This document shows positions 1-8,959 of a stretch of 64,000 bases of DNA, in pieces. The translations under genes and the position numbers were made by a program. The stretch covers positions 36,393-100,392 of the forward strand of contig CAYLIB010000003.1 of the NCBI GenBank assembly GCA_964384035.1. The letters run 5' to 3'. The notes below the pieces were generated by a model that was not told the DNA's origin, made no database searches, and saw only the letters and a list, made by a program, of their open reading frames with translations. This stretch comes from an uncultured Candidatus Saccharibacteria bacterium (GTDB lineage Bacteria; Patescibacteriota; Doudnabacteria; UBA920). Numbering within the stretch: the stretch's first letter is position 1; every line of letters begins with the position of its first letter.

Positions 1-33
1 TAACCTAACTTTATGCTTTGTATTTTTTTCCAT

Positions 34-468
34 TTAGTGTTTTTCAAAATATTCTTTAATGACTTGATGACAACCCATACACATTTTCGGGGCTTCTAAT
101 TCTTCTGGTATGGCATATATAATTGCTTCGCCTTCGTGAAGTATTAATTTCTCTGGATTAATACCGGTTAATATAAAAACGAATTCTGGCCTCGGATATT
201 CGGGATGAATGATACCTTCGTAAGTCTTAAATAATTTAATATCTCCTCTGGTAACCTGAAGTTCTAGTTCTTCAAAAAGTTCTCTTTGTATGGCGCCAAA
301 TGGAGTTTCTCCCTGGTCTCCAGTACCACCGAATAAACCAATTAATCCTGCCCTATAAACACCCAACTTACTGTCTCTTTTTTGAAGAATTAAACGACCT
401 TGGGTATCAAACAATAAAGCGGTCGCCCCAAAATCTCGATCTATTATTTTATCTATATCGTCGTTCAT
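34..468 (-). CDS. NUDIX hydrolase
   Basis: Nudix box-like GGTGDQGETPFGAIQRELFEEL; N-terminal LILQKRD typical of CPR Nudix proteins. Confidence 0.85.
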   Translation of the reverse strand: MNDDIDKIIDRDFGATALLFDTQGRLILQKRDSKLGVYRAGLIGLFGGTGDQGETPFGAIQRELFEELELQVTRGDIKLFKTYEGIIHPEYPRPEFVFILTGINPEKLILHEGEAIIYAIPEELEAPKMCMGCHQVIKEYFEKH

Positions 469-1010
469 TTATTTAAATAGTAATTTTTAAATTGTTCAAG
501 CGCTTTGCCATAATGGCTGAAAGAAGCTTTTTCTACTTTGTCCATTTCGCCAAAAGTTTTAGTGCTTCCGTTTGGTAAGAATATTGGACCCCAGCCGTAA
601 TCAAGTTCCCCCCTTGGCCCAACTATTTGCCCTTCGACTTCTCCCAGAAAGTAGTGGAGCTCTCCCCTTCCGTCTGAATAACCTACCCAAGCCCTCGCTG
701 TGGCTTTCTTTGAATTAGAGCTTTTGGTGAAATTGTATATTCCCTCTACCCCAACGGTCTCTAGAAACCATTTTACTAGGGTTCCAGGTAAACCCCCTAA
801 ACCCTCTATAGATAGAGACCTATCGTCGATTATGAACTCACCAACTGGGTTTTTTCCTAGAGCTTGTCTGAGTTTATGCTCTATAACCAACTTGCCATCC
901 AGGGACTGTATTTCGTCTAGCTCCATTTCAGTATGAATAACTTCTATTGGAGATAGCGCGGCCTGTAAGTCTAAAAATTTATTCTTGCTACCTGTTACAA
1001 TATTTAGCAT
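465..1010 (-). CDS. Non-canonical purine NTP pyrophosphatase (Ham1/ITPase family)
   Basis: VTGSKNK, LDEIQ, DDRSL..EGLGGLPG..VKWF, YGWGPIF, KTFGEM, SH motifs. Confidence 0.9.
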   Translation of the reverse strand: MLNIVTGSKNKFLDLQAALSPIEVIHTEMELDEIQSLDGKLVIEHKLRQALGKNPVGEFIIDDRSLSIEGLGGLPGTLVKWFLETVGVEGIYNFTKSSNSKKATARAWVGYSDGRGELHYFLGEVEGQIVGPRGELDYGWGPIFLPNGSTKTFGEMDKVEKASFSHYGKALEQFKNYYLNK

Positions 1011-1048
1011 AAATTAATATTAGACTGTGGAATTAAAAAAAGCGAGGG

Positions 1049-1333
1049 TTACTCGCTTTTTTGTTCTGACTCTGGTTCTGGGGCTTTGGCGCGTTTTGCT
1101 GATTCTAGTTTTTCGATTTCAGCGTTTATGGCTTGGCCATATTCTTTAATTTTGTCGTTGCTGTTTACCAAGATATCGGCAATCTTTTCTGGTTTTATGT
1201 CTAGAAGCATTCCCAGGGCTACCATATGAGCTGAATTGGAAATAAGGCTTCGGTCTAGGTGCTGGAGGTGCATTGCCATCTCATACAAAGCTCTTTCGCT
1301 ACGGGTTGGTTCTTTTTTTATGTAGTCTTTCAT
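1049..1333 (-). CDS. Hypothetical protein
   Basis: 94-aa ORF in the host orientation; upstream TTGAGT-N17-TAAGAT promoter candidate on the minus strand. Confidence 0.6.
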   Translation of the reverse strand: MKDYIKKEPTRSERALYEMAMHLQHLDRSLISNSAHMVALGMLLDIKPEKIADILVNSNDKIKEYGQAINAEIEKLESAKRAKAPEPESEQKSE

Positions 1334-1419
1334 TTGTTATTTCAGTTTAATTCGTTTGAATATCTTACACTCGATTGCTGAAAAACTCAAGTAATTATGG
1401 GAATGATTCGACAAATGAC

Positions 1420-1448
1420 TTGACAATACTGATTTTTTATTATATACT
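1420..1448 (+). promoter_or_regulatory. Sigma70-type promoter of the 1496 ORF
   Basis: TTGACA(1420-1425)-17 bp-TATACT(1443-1448). Confidence 0.65.
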
Positions 1449-1495
1449 ACTGAATTATTTCTACAATCTACATGAATATATGAGGAGAAATAGTT

Positions 1496-1705
1496 ATGTC
1501 AGAAAATACGACTGAAAATGAAAAGAGGTTAATGGTTGAAATTATAGCTAGCCATAGCTATGTATCGGTTCAAATCAATTTCAACAACTGGGTAAGAGAA
1601 AATCCCAATGTTGAACTTTACAATGCTCCGATTTACCAAATGACTTCCTCTGGCGGAGGCAATGTACATTTTTCAATTACGATTTTCTATTTCAGAACTG
1701 TCTAA
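1496..1705 (+). CDS. Small hypothetical protein (stand-alone cassette)
   Basis: Own promoter, SD GAGGAG before ATG, hairpin plus U-tract after the stop. Confidence 0.6.
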   Translation: MSENTTENEKRLMVEIIASHSYVSVQINFNNWVRENPNVELYNAPIYQMTSSGGGNVHFSITIFYFRTV

Positions 1706-1707
1706 CT

Positions 1708-1734
1708 AACCTACATCAAGTGGGTTCTTTTTTT
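1708..1734 (+). terminator. Rho-independent terminator
   Basis: AACCTAC-ATCAA-GTGGGTT followed by T-run. Confidence 0.5.
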
Positions 1735-1777
1735 ATATATGTTTTATGTTTTGGTACTACTTTGAAAAGCATACATA

Positions 1778-4528
1778 CTATTTATTGACTAATAGTCTCT
1801 GGTGCTCTTGGGTATTTAACAATCCACACTTTTTATATTTTTTTCCAGAACCACAAGGACATGGGTCGTTTCTACCGGGTTCTTTTTCTGAATTGTGGGG
1901 CGTGGAATTTTGGCTACCGTCAGATAAGTTAGTAACTAGGTTAGATTGTTGAATTGTTGGTTGTTCTTGCTGTTTTTCTGCTTGAACAGTGACTTTTAGT
2001 ACTGAATAAACCACCTGCTTGTTTACTTCGGCAATCATTTTTTCGAACATCTTGAAACCCTCCCTCTTGTATTCAACAAGCGGGTCTCTTTGGCCGTAAC
2101 CACGTAGGCGCACTGAGTCTCTTAGGTGGTCCATAGTGTCTAGATGTTCCATCCAGAGAGTGTCTATGGCCTGCAAGATAACGTACCGACATATACGAAG
2201 GTATAATTCTTCGCCAATTTCTTTTTCCTTCTGCTCGAAAATATCTGTTGCAGCTTTTGTTAACTCATCAGTAATTGCAAACTCTCTGTCTGCGGCGTTT
2301 TGTGAAGCTTGCTCAATTCTTTGTTTTACTGCTTCAGTGACTGGCAAAAGTGTGGAGGTCTTTTGAAAAATTTCATTTAGGAACTCCTCGGTTTTTTCAA
2401 AACTAGCACCGCTAAAGGTAACGATTTCGGAAATTTCCTTGTTAATTAACTCTAGTATTTCATTTTTTATTTCTGCCGAAGAATCTAGTTCTGCCTGTGC
2501 GTTTTCTTGGTCTTCCCCTACTGCATCACTAAGGTATTTTCGTCTTCGTTTGTAGATAATATTTCTTTGGCGATTAAGCACGTCGTCGAATTCTAGTACG
2601 TGCTTTCTGGTGTCGAAATTCAGACCTTCTATTTTTTTCTGGGCTTGTTCAATAGACCTACTTACTAAACTTGCTTCTATAGGTTCGTCGTCCTTTATAC
2701 CTAAGGTATTCATCATACCTTTCATTCGTTCACCACCAAAGAGCCTTAGAAGGTCGTCTTCCATACTTACGAAGAACTGCGAACTCCCAGGATCTCCTTG
2801 TCTACCTGCTCTACCTCTAAGTTGATTATCTATACGTCTTGATTCGTGTCTCTCGGTGCCTAAAACATGCAATCCACCTGCTGCTCTTACCTCTTCGGCT
2901 TCTTTAGGGTCTATAGGGTTTCCGCCGAGTAAAATATCCACACCTCTACCAGCGATGTTAGTAGCAAGAGTTACAGCGCCAAGTCGGCCTGCTTGGGAAA
3001 TTATCTGTGCTTCTCTTTCATGGTTTTTAGCATTGAGTATTTCAAAAGGCACACCTTCTTGCCTTAAATATTCAGTTAGTTTTTCGTTCTTAGCAATGCT
3101 AACAGTACCTATTAGCACGGGTTGTCCGGTTTTATGCCTTTCTTTTATCTCTTTAGCTATAGCTTTAAATTTTGCGTCCTCGGTTTTGTATATAATATCT
3201 GATTGATCATTTCTTACCATTGGCTTATTGGTAGGTATAGGAACAACTCCGAGCTGATAGATTTTAAAAAATTCTTCTTCTTCTGTTTTAGCAGTTCCAG
3301 TCATTCCAGCGAGTCTGCTATATAACCTGAAAAGATTTTGGAAGGTAATGGTTGCAAGGGTCTTACTCTCCTGTTGAATTTTTACCCCTTCTTTAGCCTC
3401 TATTGCCTGATGAAGACCCTCGGAATACCTTCTTCCAAACATTAATCTACCTGTAAATTCATCAACTATTACCACTTCCCCGTCTCTAATAACGTAGTCT
3501 CTGTCTATTTTGTAGAGAGTCTTTGCTCTTAGAGCTTGTTCGATGTGGTGCAAGGTAGTGACACCTTTAGAAGTGTCGTAAATATTCGGAACGTTAAGAA
3601 TCCCCTCGATTTTTGTGACTCCGTCGTCTGTTAGCGTTGCGGCTTTATGCTTTTCGTCTATGTTATAGTCCACCTCTTCTTGAAGCTTCTCGACAATTCT
3701 TGCAAATTCTACATATTTACTAGTTGGCTCTGTGTCGGGTGCAGAAATGATAAGCGGGGTTCTAGCTTCATCTATTAAAATAGAGTCAACTTCGTCAACA
3801 ATAGCAAAAAACAAGTCTCTTTGTACGAGCTGTTGTTTTGTCTGGACCATGTTGTCTCTAAGGTAGTCGAAACCGAACTCATTGTTAGTACCGTAGGTTA
3901 TGTCTGAAGCGTAAGCTTGGCGTCTGGTTATGGGACGCATATGCTTTACATCTATCACTAGACCCTGGGTTTCACTTTCCAATTTTTCTATTTCTTCTGC
4001 TTCTGGTTGGTAAGTAGGGTCGTATAAAAATGACTGTTCATGCTGAATAGAGGCTACGCTTAAACCTAGGAAATTAAATATTGGGCCCATAAGGCTTGCT
4101 TGCCAACGAGCGAGATAGTCATTCACGGTGACCAAATGCGCACCCTTACCTGCCAATGCGAAAAGGACTAATGGCAGTGTTGCTGTAAGTGTCTTTCCTT
4201 CACCCGTTTTCATTTCGGCTATAGCCCCGGTAGTTAGAGTAATGCCTCCACCTAACTGGACATCGTAATGAAACTGACCGATAGTTCTCTTAGAAGCTTC
4301 TCTTGTTAAAGCAAAAACCCTTGGTCTGATTTCTGCTAATTTTTTAAAAACTTCTTGTGTTTCAGTAATTTCAGATAATTCTTTTTTAAAATCTAGAATT
4401 TCTGACTTAATTTGTTCATCTGAGAGTGCTTCAATTTCTTCTTTAAAACCATTTATTTTTCTTAACTCTGAAGCATGAGTAACTAAAGGGTTTTTTTCAA
4501 ATGAAAATATACGAGATAAAAAAGACAT
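1778..4528 (-). CDS. secA: Preprotein translocase ATPase SecA
   Basis: AEMKTGEGKT, VTVNDYLA, DEVDSILIDEARTPLIIS, RHESRRIDNQLRGRAGRQGDPG, C-terminal SEC-C GRNDPCPCGSGKKYKKC. Confidence 0.99.
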   Translation of the reverse strand: MSFLSRIFSFEKNPLVTHASELRKINGFKEEIEALSDEQIKSEILDFKKELSEITETQEVFKKLAEIRPRVFALTREASKRTIGQFHYDVQLGGGITLTTGAIAEMKTGEGKTLTATLPLVLFALAGKGAHLVTVNDYLARWQASLMGPIFNFLGLSVASIQHEQSFLYDPTYQPEAEEIEKLESETQGLVIDVKHMRPITRRQAYASDITYGTNNEFGFDYLRDNMVQTKQQLVQRDLFFAIVDEVDSILIDEARTPLIISAPDTEPTSKYVEFARIVEKLQEEVDYNIDEKHKAATLTDDGVTKIEGILNVPNIYDTSKGVTTLHHIEQALRAKTLYKIDRDYVIRDGEVVIVDEFTGRLMFGRRYSEGLHQAIEAKEGVKIQQESKTLATITFQNLFRLYSRLAGMTGTAKTEEEEFFKIYQLGVVPIPTNKPMVRNDQSDIIYKTEDAKFKAIAKEIKERHKTGQPVLIGTVSIAKNEKLTEYLRQEGVPFEILNAKNHEREAQIISQAGRLGAVTLATNIAGRGVDILLGGNPIDPKEAEEVRAAGGLHVLGTERHESRRIDNQLRGRAGRQGDPGSSQFFVSMEDDLLRLFGGERMKGMMNTLGIKDDEPIEASLVSRSIEQAQKKIEGLNFDTRKHVLEFDDVLNRQRNIIYKRRRKYLSDAVGEDQENAQAELDSSAEIKNEILELINKEISEIVTFSGASFEKTEEFLNEIFQKTSTLLPVTEAVKQRIEQASQNAADREFAITDELTKAATDIFEQKEKEIGEELYLRICRYVILQAIDTLWMEHLDTMDHLRDSVRLRGYGQRDPLVEYKREGFKMFEKMIAEVNKQVVYSVLKVTVQAEKQQEQPTIQQSNLVTNLSDGSQNSTPHNSEKEPGRNDPCPCGSGKKYKKCGLLNTQEHQRLLVNK

Positions 4529-4583
4529 ACTATCCTTTCTCTAGAATTTGTAAGTTATAACAGTATAACAAAAGGTAGTAAGT

Positions 4584-4621
4584 ATATACAGATTGACAAT
4601 CTGTATATTTTATACCATAAT
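4584..4621 (+). promoter_or_regulatory. Sigma70 promoter of the TIR-like gene with a perfect palindrome over the -35
   Basis: TTGACA(4593-4598)-17 bp-CATAAT(4616-4621); ATATACAGATTG-A-CAATCTGTATAT inverted repeat at 4584-4608. Confidence 0.6.
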
Positions 4622-4663
4622 GTGTTTTACTTTTAGAACAAACTAAAAAGGAGAGGACTAGCA

Positions 4664-5059
4664 ATGTTTATATCAGTATACGGATCCAAGGAATCTGCAA
4701 AGCAAATAGAGGAATTATTTGCCGAGTTCTGGATTGAGTTAATGCAAAGCGGAGTCCAAATATGGAAAAGCTGGGACCCTTGTTTGCCAGGAGAATTAAT
4801 AGCAAAGGCTTATAAAAGAGCCGAGGAAGCAGATTTATTTCTGGTTTTGCTAGATAATGAATTCCTGAGCAGTCAGTTTGTAGCGGGTAAGTTTTATCGC
4901 ATTCTTAATACCAAGCCTAATACTCCGAAGCTTGTTCTAGCTTTAAAACAATTAAATACTCCTAGACTGGATAAGTTTCTATGGAGAAACAACCCTTTGG
5001 ACGAGCTAATACTGATTGATTTGAAAGTGGAGATCTTAAAAATATTAAACCTACAATAA
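4664..5059 (+). CDS. TIR-domain-like protein (stand-alone, catalytic Glu apparently absent)
   Basis: FISVY start, G.QIW...CLPGE, EEADLFLVLLDNEFLSSQF pattern matching bacterial TIR_2 domains; SD AAGGAG. Confidence 0.65.
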   Translation: MFISVYGSKESAKQIEELFAEFWIELMQSGVQIWKSWDPCLPGELIAKAYKRAEEADLFLVLLDNEFLSSQFVAGKFYRILNTKPNTPKLVLALKQLNTPRLDKFLWRNNPLDELILIDLKVEILKILNLQ

Positions 5060-5080
5060 ATTACTTATTGTAGGTTTTTT
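5047..5080 (+). terminator. Rho-independent terminator between convergent TIR-like gene and hpf
   Basis: AAACCTACAATAA-ATTAC-TTATTGTAGGTTT plus T-run. Confidence 0.7.
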
Positions 5081-5083
5081 ATT

Positions 5084-5419
5084 TTAGATAACCCCTCGCT
5101 TTACTTTGTTACCAAGCTTTCTTCTTAATGAGATTTTTTTATCTTTTTCCTTTGCGAGTTGTTCTTTTATCTTGGGTACTAAAAGATCGAGCGCTTCATA
5201 GGCGTCCATACCTGTTGCTTCAGCATAAAAACCATCGGGTTTTACGGTGCATTCAACCCTAAAAATTTGACCGCTTTTATGTTTTTTATCGACTTGAACT
5301 TCTACGTGTAATTTATGCTGGCTTTTAAGAAAAGTTTCGAGGGTTGCCAGTTTTTCTGTAATTACGTTCTTTATAGACTCTGTTAGGGTTGTGTGCGTTG
5401 CCTTTATTGTGAGGTTCAT
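5084..5419 (-). CDS. hpf: Ribosome hibernation promoting factor (RaiA/HPF, short form)
   Basis: MNLTIKAT..LTESIK....KL..L; YAEATG.DAYEALDL...K+KEQL; next to secA. Confidence 0.9.
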   Translation of the reverse strand: MNLTIKATHTTLTESIKNVITEKLATLETFLKSQHKLHVEVQVDKKHKSGQIFRVECTVKPDGFYAEATGMDAYEALDLLVPKIKEQLAKEKDKKISLRRKLGNKVKRGVI

Positions 5420-5452
5420 ATATTTGTTGATTAATAATGAGACCTACCCTTA

Positions 5453-6541
5453 TTATACTACGCCTTCTAGTTCTTTGCTCTTAAATCCTATTAATTCAGG
5501 TTCGATTAGCAAGTTTATACCCGTTTTTGTAAATACTTCACTCTTAACTGTCCTGACAATCTGTAATACGTCACTTGCGGTGGCATGACCGGAACTGTTC
5601 ACGATGACCAATGGTTGATTTGGATTAATAATAGCCCCTCCGAAGCTTAAACCCTTAAGACCACATATATCTAATAGAAACGCTGCAGGTATTTTTACAC
5701 CTTCAGGTAATTTGAACCTATTCTCATATGATTGCAGTCTCTCTTGAGCCTCATGACCAAAAGTAGACATTATCCTATTTTTAAAAAGTTTTAATTCGGT
5801 GTTATTTAAAAAAATATTTTTGAACCATGAACCACTATTACCGGTTTCTGCGCTTATAGGAAATGGAAATTTTCTATTTCTGATCTGAATGATAGAGTCC
5901 CTTATATTCTTTAAATTCACCTCTTTTGCTTCCATAACTTGAGATAAATCTACATAACTTAAATTTGGTTTTCCATTTTTAAGTAACCTGATGCGAGTAA
6001 ACAAGATGATGTATCTTCCTCTTTTTGAGGTATTGAAAATACTTTTTCGATAGCCAAATCCACAAGTCTTATTATCTAAAGTAACCAATCTTTTTTCTAT
6101 AGTATCATAAGCATCGACTGATACAACTACATCTTTTGCTTCTTGGCCGTATGCACCGACATTCTGCACAGCAAAACCACCTACCCTACCAGGAATATGG
6201 GATAAATTTTCTATACCCCAAAGACCACATTCTACAGCAAAAGCAACAACCTGATCCCATATTTCACCACTACCTAGTTTTAAAACAACCTCTTCATTAT
6301 TTTCAATTATCTTTTCAACTCCCTTGATCCCCAGCTTTAAAACAAGCCCGTCGAAACCTTGATCTGATACAAGAACATTACTTCCTCCTGACAGAGCTAA
6401 GACCGGTAATTGCTTTTTTTCCGAAAATGCAAGGGCCTCTAATATATCATTAAGAGTGATCACTTCCACAAAATATTTTGCAGGTCCACCTATTCTGAAG
6501 GTCGTATGTTCGGAGAGTTTTATGTTCTCTAAAAATTTCAT
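5453..6541 (-). CDS. murB: UDP-N-acetylenolpyruvoylglucosamine reductase
   Basis: HTTFRIGGPA, GGSNVL, ENLSHIPG..GG..VQNVGAYG, FGYRKSIF, GNSGSWFKN, EP near C-terminus. Confidence 0.97.
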   Translation of the reverse strand: MKFLENIKLSEHTTFRIGGPAKYFVEVITLNDILEALAFSEKKQLPVLALSGGSNVLVSDQGFDGLVLKLGIKGVEKIIENNEEVVLKLGSGEIWDQVVAFAVECGLWGIENLSHIPGRVGGFAVQNVGAYGQEAKDVVVSVDAYDTIEKRLVTLDNKTCGFGYRKSIFNTSKRGRYIILFTRIRLLKNGKPNLSYVDLSQVMEAKEVNLKNIRDSIIQIRNRKFPFPISAETGNSGSWFKNIFLNNTELKLFKNRIMSTFGHEAQERLQSYENRFKLPEGVKIPAAFLLDICGLKGLSFGGAIINPNQPLVIVNSSGHATASDVLQIVRTVKSEVFTKTGINLLIEPELIGFKSKELEGVV

Positions 6542-7968
6542 ATTTTATCTAGAATTTCACTACCCAGAAGATTAAAATCACCTACGGCCATCACTATAAT
6601 TACATCACTTTCTCTTGTTTCGTTTTTAATAATTTCTAAGGCTTCATGTTTAGAGTCTATTGCCCTAATTTTGTTTTTTATCCCCAAACTATCATTCCGG
6701 GAATTAATTTCATCTACAAGTTCATGATTCTGTTTTGAATTAGGTTTAGTATTGATCTCTCGAGCAGCATAAATAGGTGCAATTAGAGCAAAATCTGCGT
6801 CTTCGAATGCCCCTAGCATCTCTGTTTTTAGCGCCTCGGTTCTCGAGAATGTGTGTGGTTCAAAAATTGCCCAAATTCTATGACCAGGATATCTTACCCT
6901 CGCTGCTTTCAAGGTCTCCTTAACGGCTGTTGGGTGATGCGCATAGTCATCTATAACATCGATGCCAGATTTTTGTCCTAGTAATTCAAACCTTCTTTTA
7001 ATCCCGGGGAAGGTTGTTAAATATTTAGCAACTAGCTCAGAAGTAAAACCAAGCGACCTTAGTAATGTAATACATGCTAAAGTATTTAGAACATTCATTG
7101 CACCAAAAAGTTTTGTTTCGTATCTTTCTGATAGTTCTTTGTCGCTAAATTTTACAACTACATTCAAGCTAGTACCAGTTACTGAAGTCTCCGCTGAAAT
7201 AATTCTCACATTTACACCTGAAGATTGACCAAATGAGAAAGCATGCCTGTTTGCCTGAAAGATAAGTTTTTCAAGTTCTACATCGTCACCGTTGTAAACA
7301 ACAATCCCGTCCGGCGGTAAGTTTGCCAGAAGCAACTCATATTCTTCTTTAAGTTCGTCGAAACTTGAAAATAGATCTGGATGATCATACTCCAGATTCG
7401 TCAGTACTAATATATCTGCTTTATAAAAATGAAATTTAGGAGTTGGATCGTCTGGCAAATTCTTATATTCATCGCCTTCGAATACGAAATAATGACCGTC
7501 CCCTAAACGATAATTTCGGTTTGTACCTTGCAGAACACCACCTATTAAATACGACGAGTCGTCAATATCCGATAGAAGAGTGCCTATTAGGCCGCTTGTA
7601 GTTGTTTTTCCATGAGTCCCAGTCACGACTATACGTATGCTATCTTGCGCCAAAGCACCCATTAATTCTGCAAAAGAACAGTGACTGAGTTCGTTCTCTA
7701 TGATGAATTTATACTCCGGATTTTCTCTATCTATTCCAGCAGAAATAATAAATAAATCCGCTTGAGAATTTTTAATATTTTGAGAATCAAATTTTTCAAA
7801 GAATTCTATATTTGAATCTTTAAGAACAGATAAACTAGGTTCGTAGACCTTTTCATCACTTCCTGTTACATCGAAATTTTTTGACTTAGCTATACCTGCC
7901 GATGCTGACATGGCTATTCCACCTATACCCAGAAAATATATTTTTTGAATTCTACTAAGATCAAGCAT
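6538..7968 (-). CDS. murC: Mur ligase, MurC/Mpl family
   Basis: GIGGIAMS, GTHGKTTT, EGDEY, NLEYDHPD, RRFE, DDYAHHPTAV, FEPHTFSRT; could be Mpl-like. Confidence 0.85.
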   Translation of the reverse strand: MLDLSRIQKIYFLGIGGIAMSASAGIAKSKNFDVTGSDEKVYEPSLSVLKDSNIEFFEKFDSQNIKNSQADLFIISAGIDRENPEYKFIIENELSHCSFAELMGALAQDSIRIVVTGTHGKTTTSGLIGTLLSDIDDSSYLIGGVLQGTNRNYRLGDGHYFVFEGDEYKNLPDDPTPKFHFYKADILVLTNLEYDHPDLFSSFDELKEEYELLLANLPPDGIVVYNGDDVELEKLIFQANRHAFSFGQSSGVNVRIISAETSVTGTSLNVVVKFSDKELSERYETKLFGAMNVLNTLACITLLRSLGFTSELVAKYLTTFPGIKRRFELLGQKSGIDVIDDYAHHPTAVKETLKAARVRYPGHRIWAIFEPHTFSRTEALKTEMLGAFEDADFALIAPIYAAREINTKPNSKQNHELVDEINSRNDSLGIKNKIRAIDSKHEALEIIKNETRESDVIIVMAVGDFNLLGSEILDKI

Positions 7969-8959
7969 ATTGTTTATTCTTCTCCGATTGTTTGAGTTTT
8001 ATTAAATTTATAATTTTTTGTGCATTTTCGTTACCTACCGCTAATCCTTGATCGTATAGCTTACGACCTTCGTGAATTTTTACTCCAGCTGTTGCCGTAG
8101 CCACTCCTGTACTTATTAATAAATCACAACCATAGTTTGGTAAGTCACCTTTTTGACGCTGATTCGCTTCGACCGCGATATCCAGACATCTTCCCAAAAT
8201 TGAAAATGTCCCAATATTTCTCCGATCTTCATCTTCAAATGCTTTGAGTTCGTCCATGTACCCCAGAAGATCAACCCCATTGAATGCAACTTTTAATTTA
8301 TTTATCCAAGGCCCAAATTTATTTAGGAATGAGAATTTCTTTACCGTTTCATGCAGTGCGTCCATAACTTTTTCATTTCTTATGAAGAAATATTTATTAG
8401 ACCTTACCTGTACTCCTATTACTACGTCTGCCCCTGCGGATCTTACGAAATTCCCAGGTACATAACAACCCAATCCACCATCTACAAGTACCATGTTCCC
8501 CCACTTCATCGGCTCAAAAACACCGGGCATACTACAAGAAATTCGGACTGCCCTGGCTATATCCCCAAGAGACAATTCTACGGATCTTTTGCTTTCGAGA
8601 TCTGTAGCTAGAAAACTTAACCTAGGTTTGACTGCTTCCATCTTTAAACCTAATGAATATTTTTCTCTAAAATATTCTTCGAATGGTTCAAGTGAATACC
8701 AACCACCTCCTGTTTTTGATCTGGAAACTAAGGAGAATAATGTCTTACTATTTAATGCAAGGGCTTCATCTCGTAGTAAATGCAATTTACCAGTAGCATA
8801 CGCGGCCGAAACTATGGCCGCACCTGAATAGGAAGTAATGAAGTCTATTTCGATATTATGATTTTTTAATGCCTCTAAGAAGCCAATGTAAAAAACACTA
8901 CGAGCAGCTGCTCCACTCATAGCTAGACCTATGGTTATTTTTGAATTCTTTATGGACAT
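7961..8959 (-). CDS. Patatin-like phospholipase (atypical motifs)
   Basis: GLAMSGAAARS oxyanion loop, ATDLES, AVRISCSMPG.F.P, LVDGG; nucleophile elbow reads S-Y-S-G-A instead of G-x-S-x-G. Confidence 0.8.
   Translation of the reverse strand: MSIKNSKITIGLAMSGAAARSVFYIGFLEALKNHNIEIDFITSYSGAAIVSAAYATGKLHLLRDEALALNSKTLFSLVSRSKTGGGWYSLEPFEEYFREKYSLGLKMEAVKPRLSFLATDLESKRSVELSLGDIARAVRISCSMPGVFEPMKWGNMVLVDGGLGCYVPGNFVRSAGADVVIGVQVRSNKYFFIRNEKVMDALHETVKKFSFLNKFGPWINKLKVAFNGVDLLGYMDELKAFEDEDRRNIGTFSILGRCLDIAVEANQRQKGDLPNYGCDLLISTGVATATAGVKIHEGRKLYDQGLAVGNENAQKIINLIKLKQSEKNKQYA

Noticed and set aside
1496-1734. Integron gene cassettes (RYYYAAC at some ORFan stop codons)
   Set aside because: No integrase, no tandem cassette array, no convincing attC L/R boxes; cassettes carry their own promoters
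7961-8959. Patatin as a CBASS effector
   Set aside because: No CD-NTase nearby; the gene is coupled to mur genes
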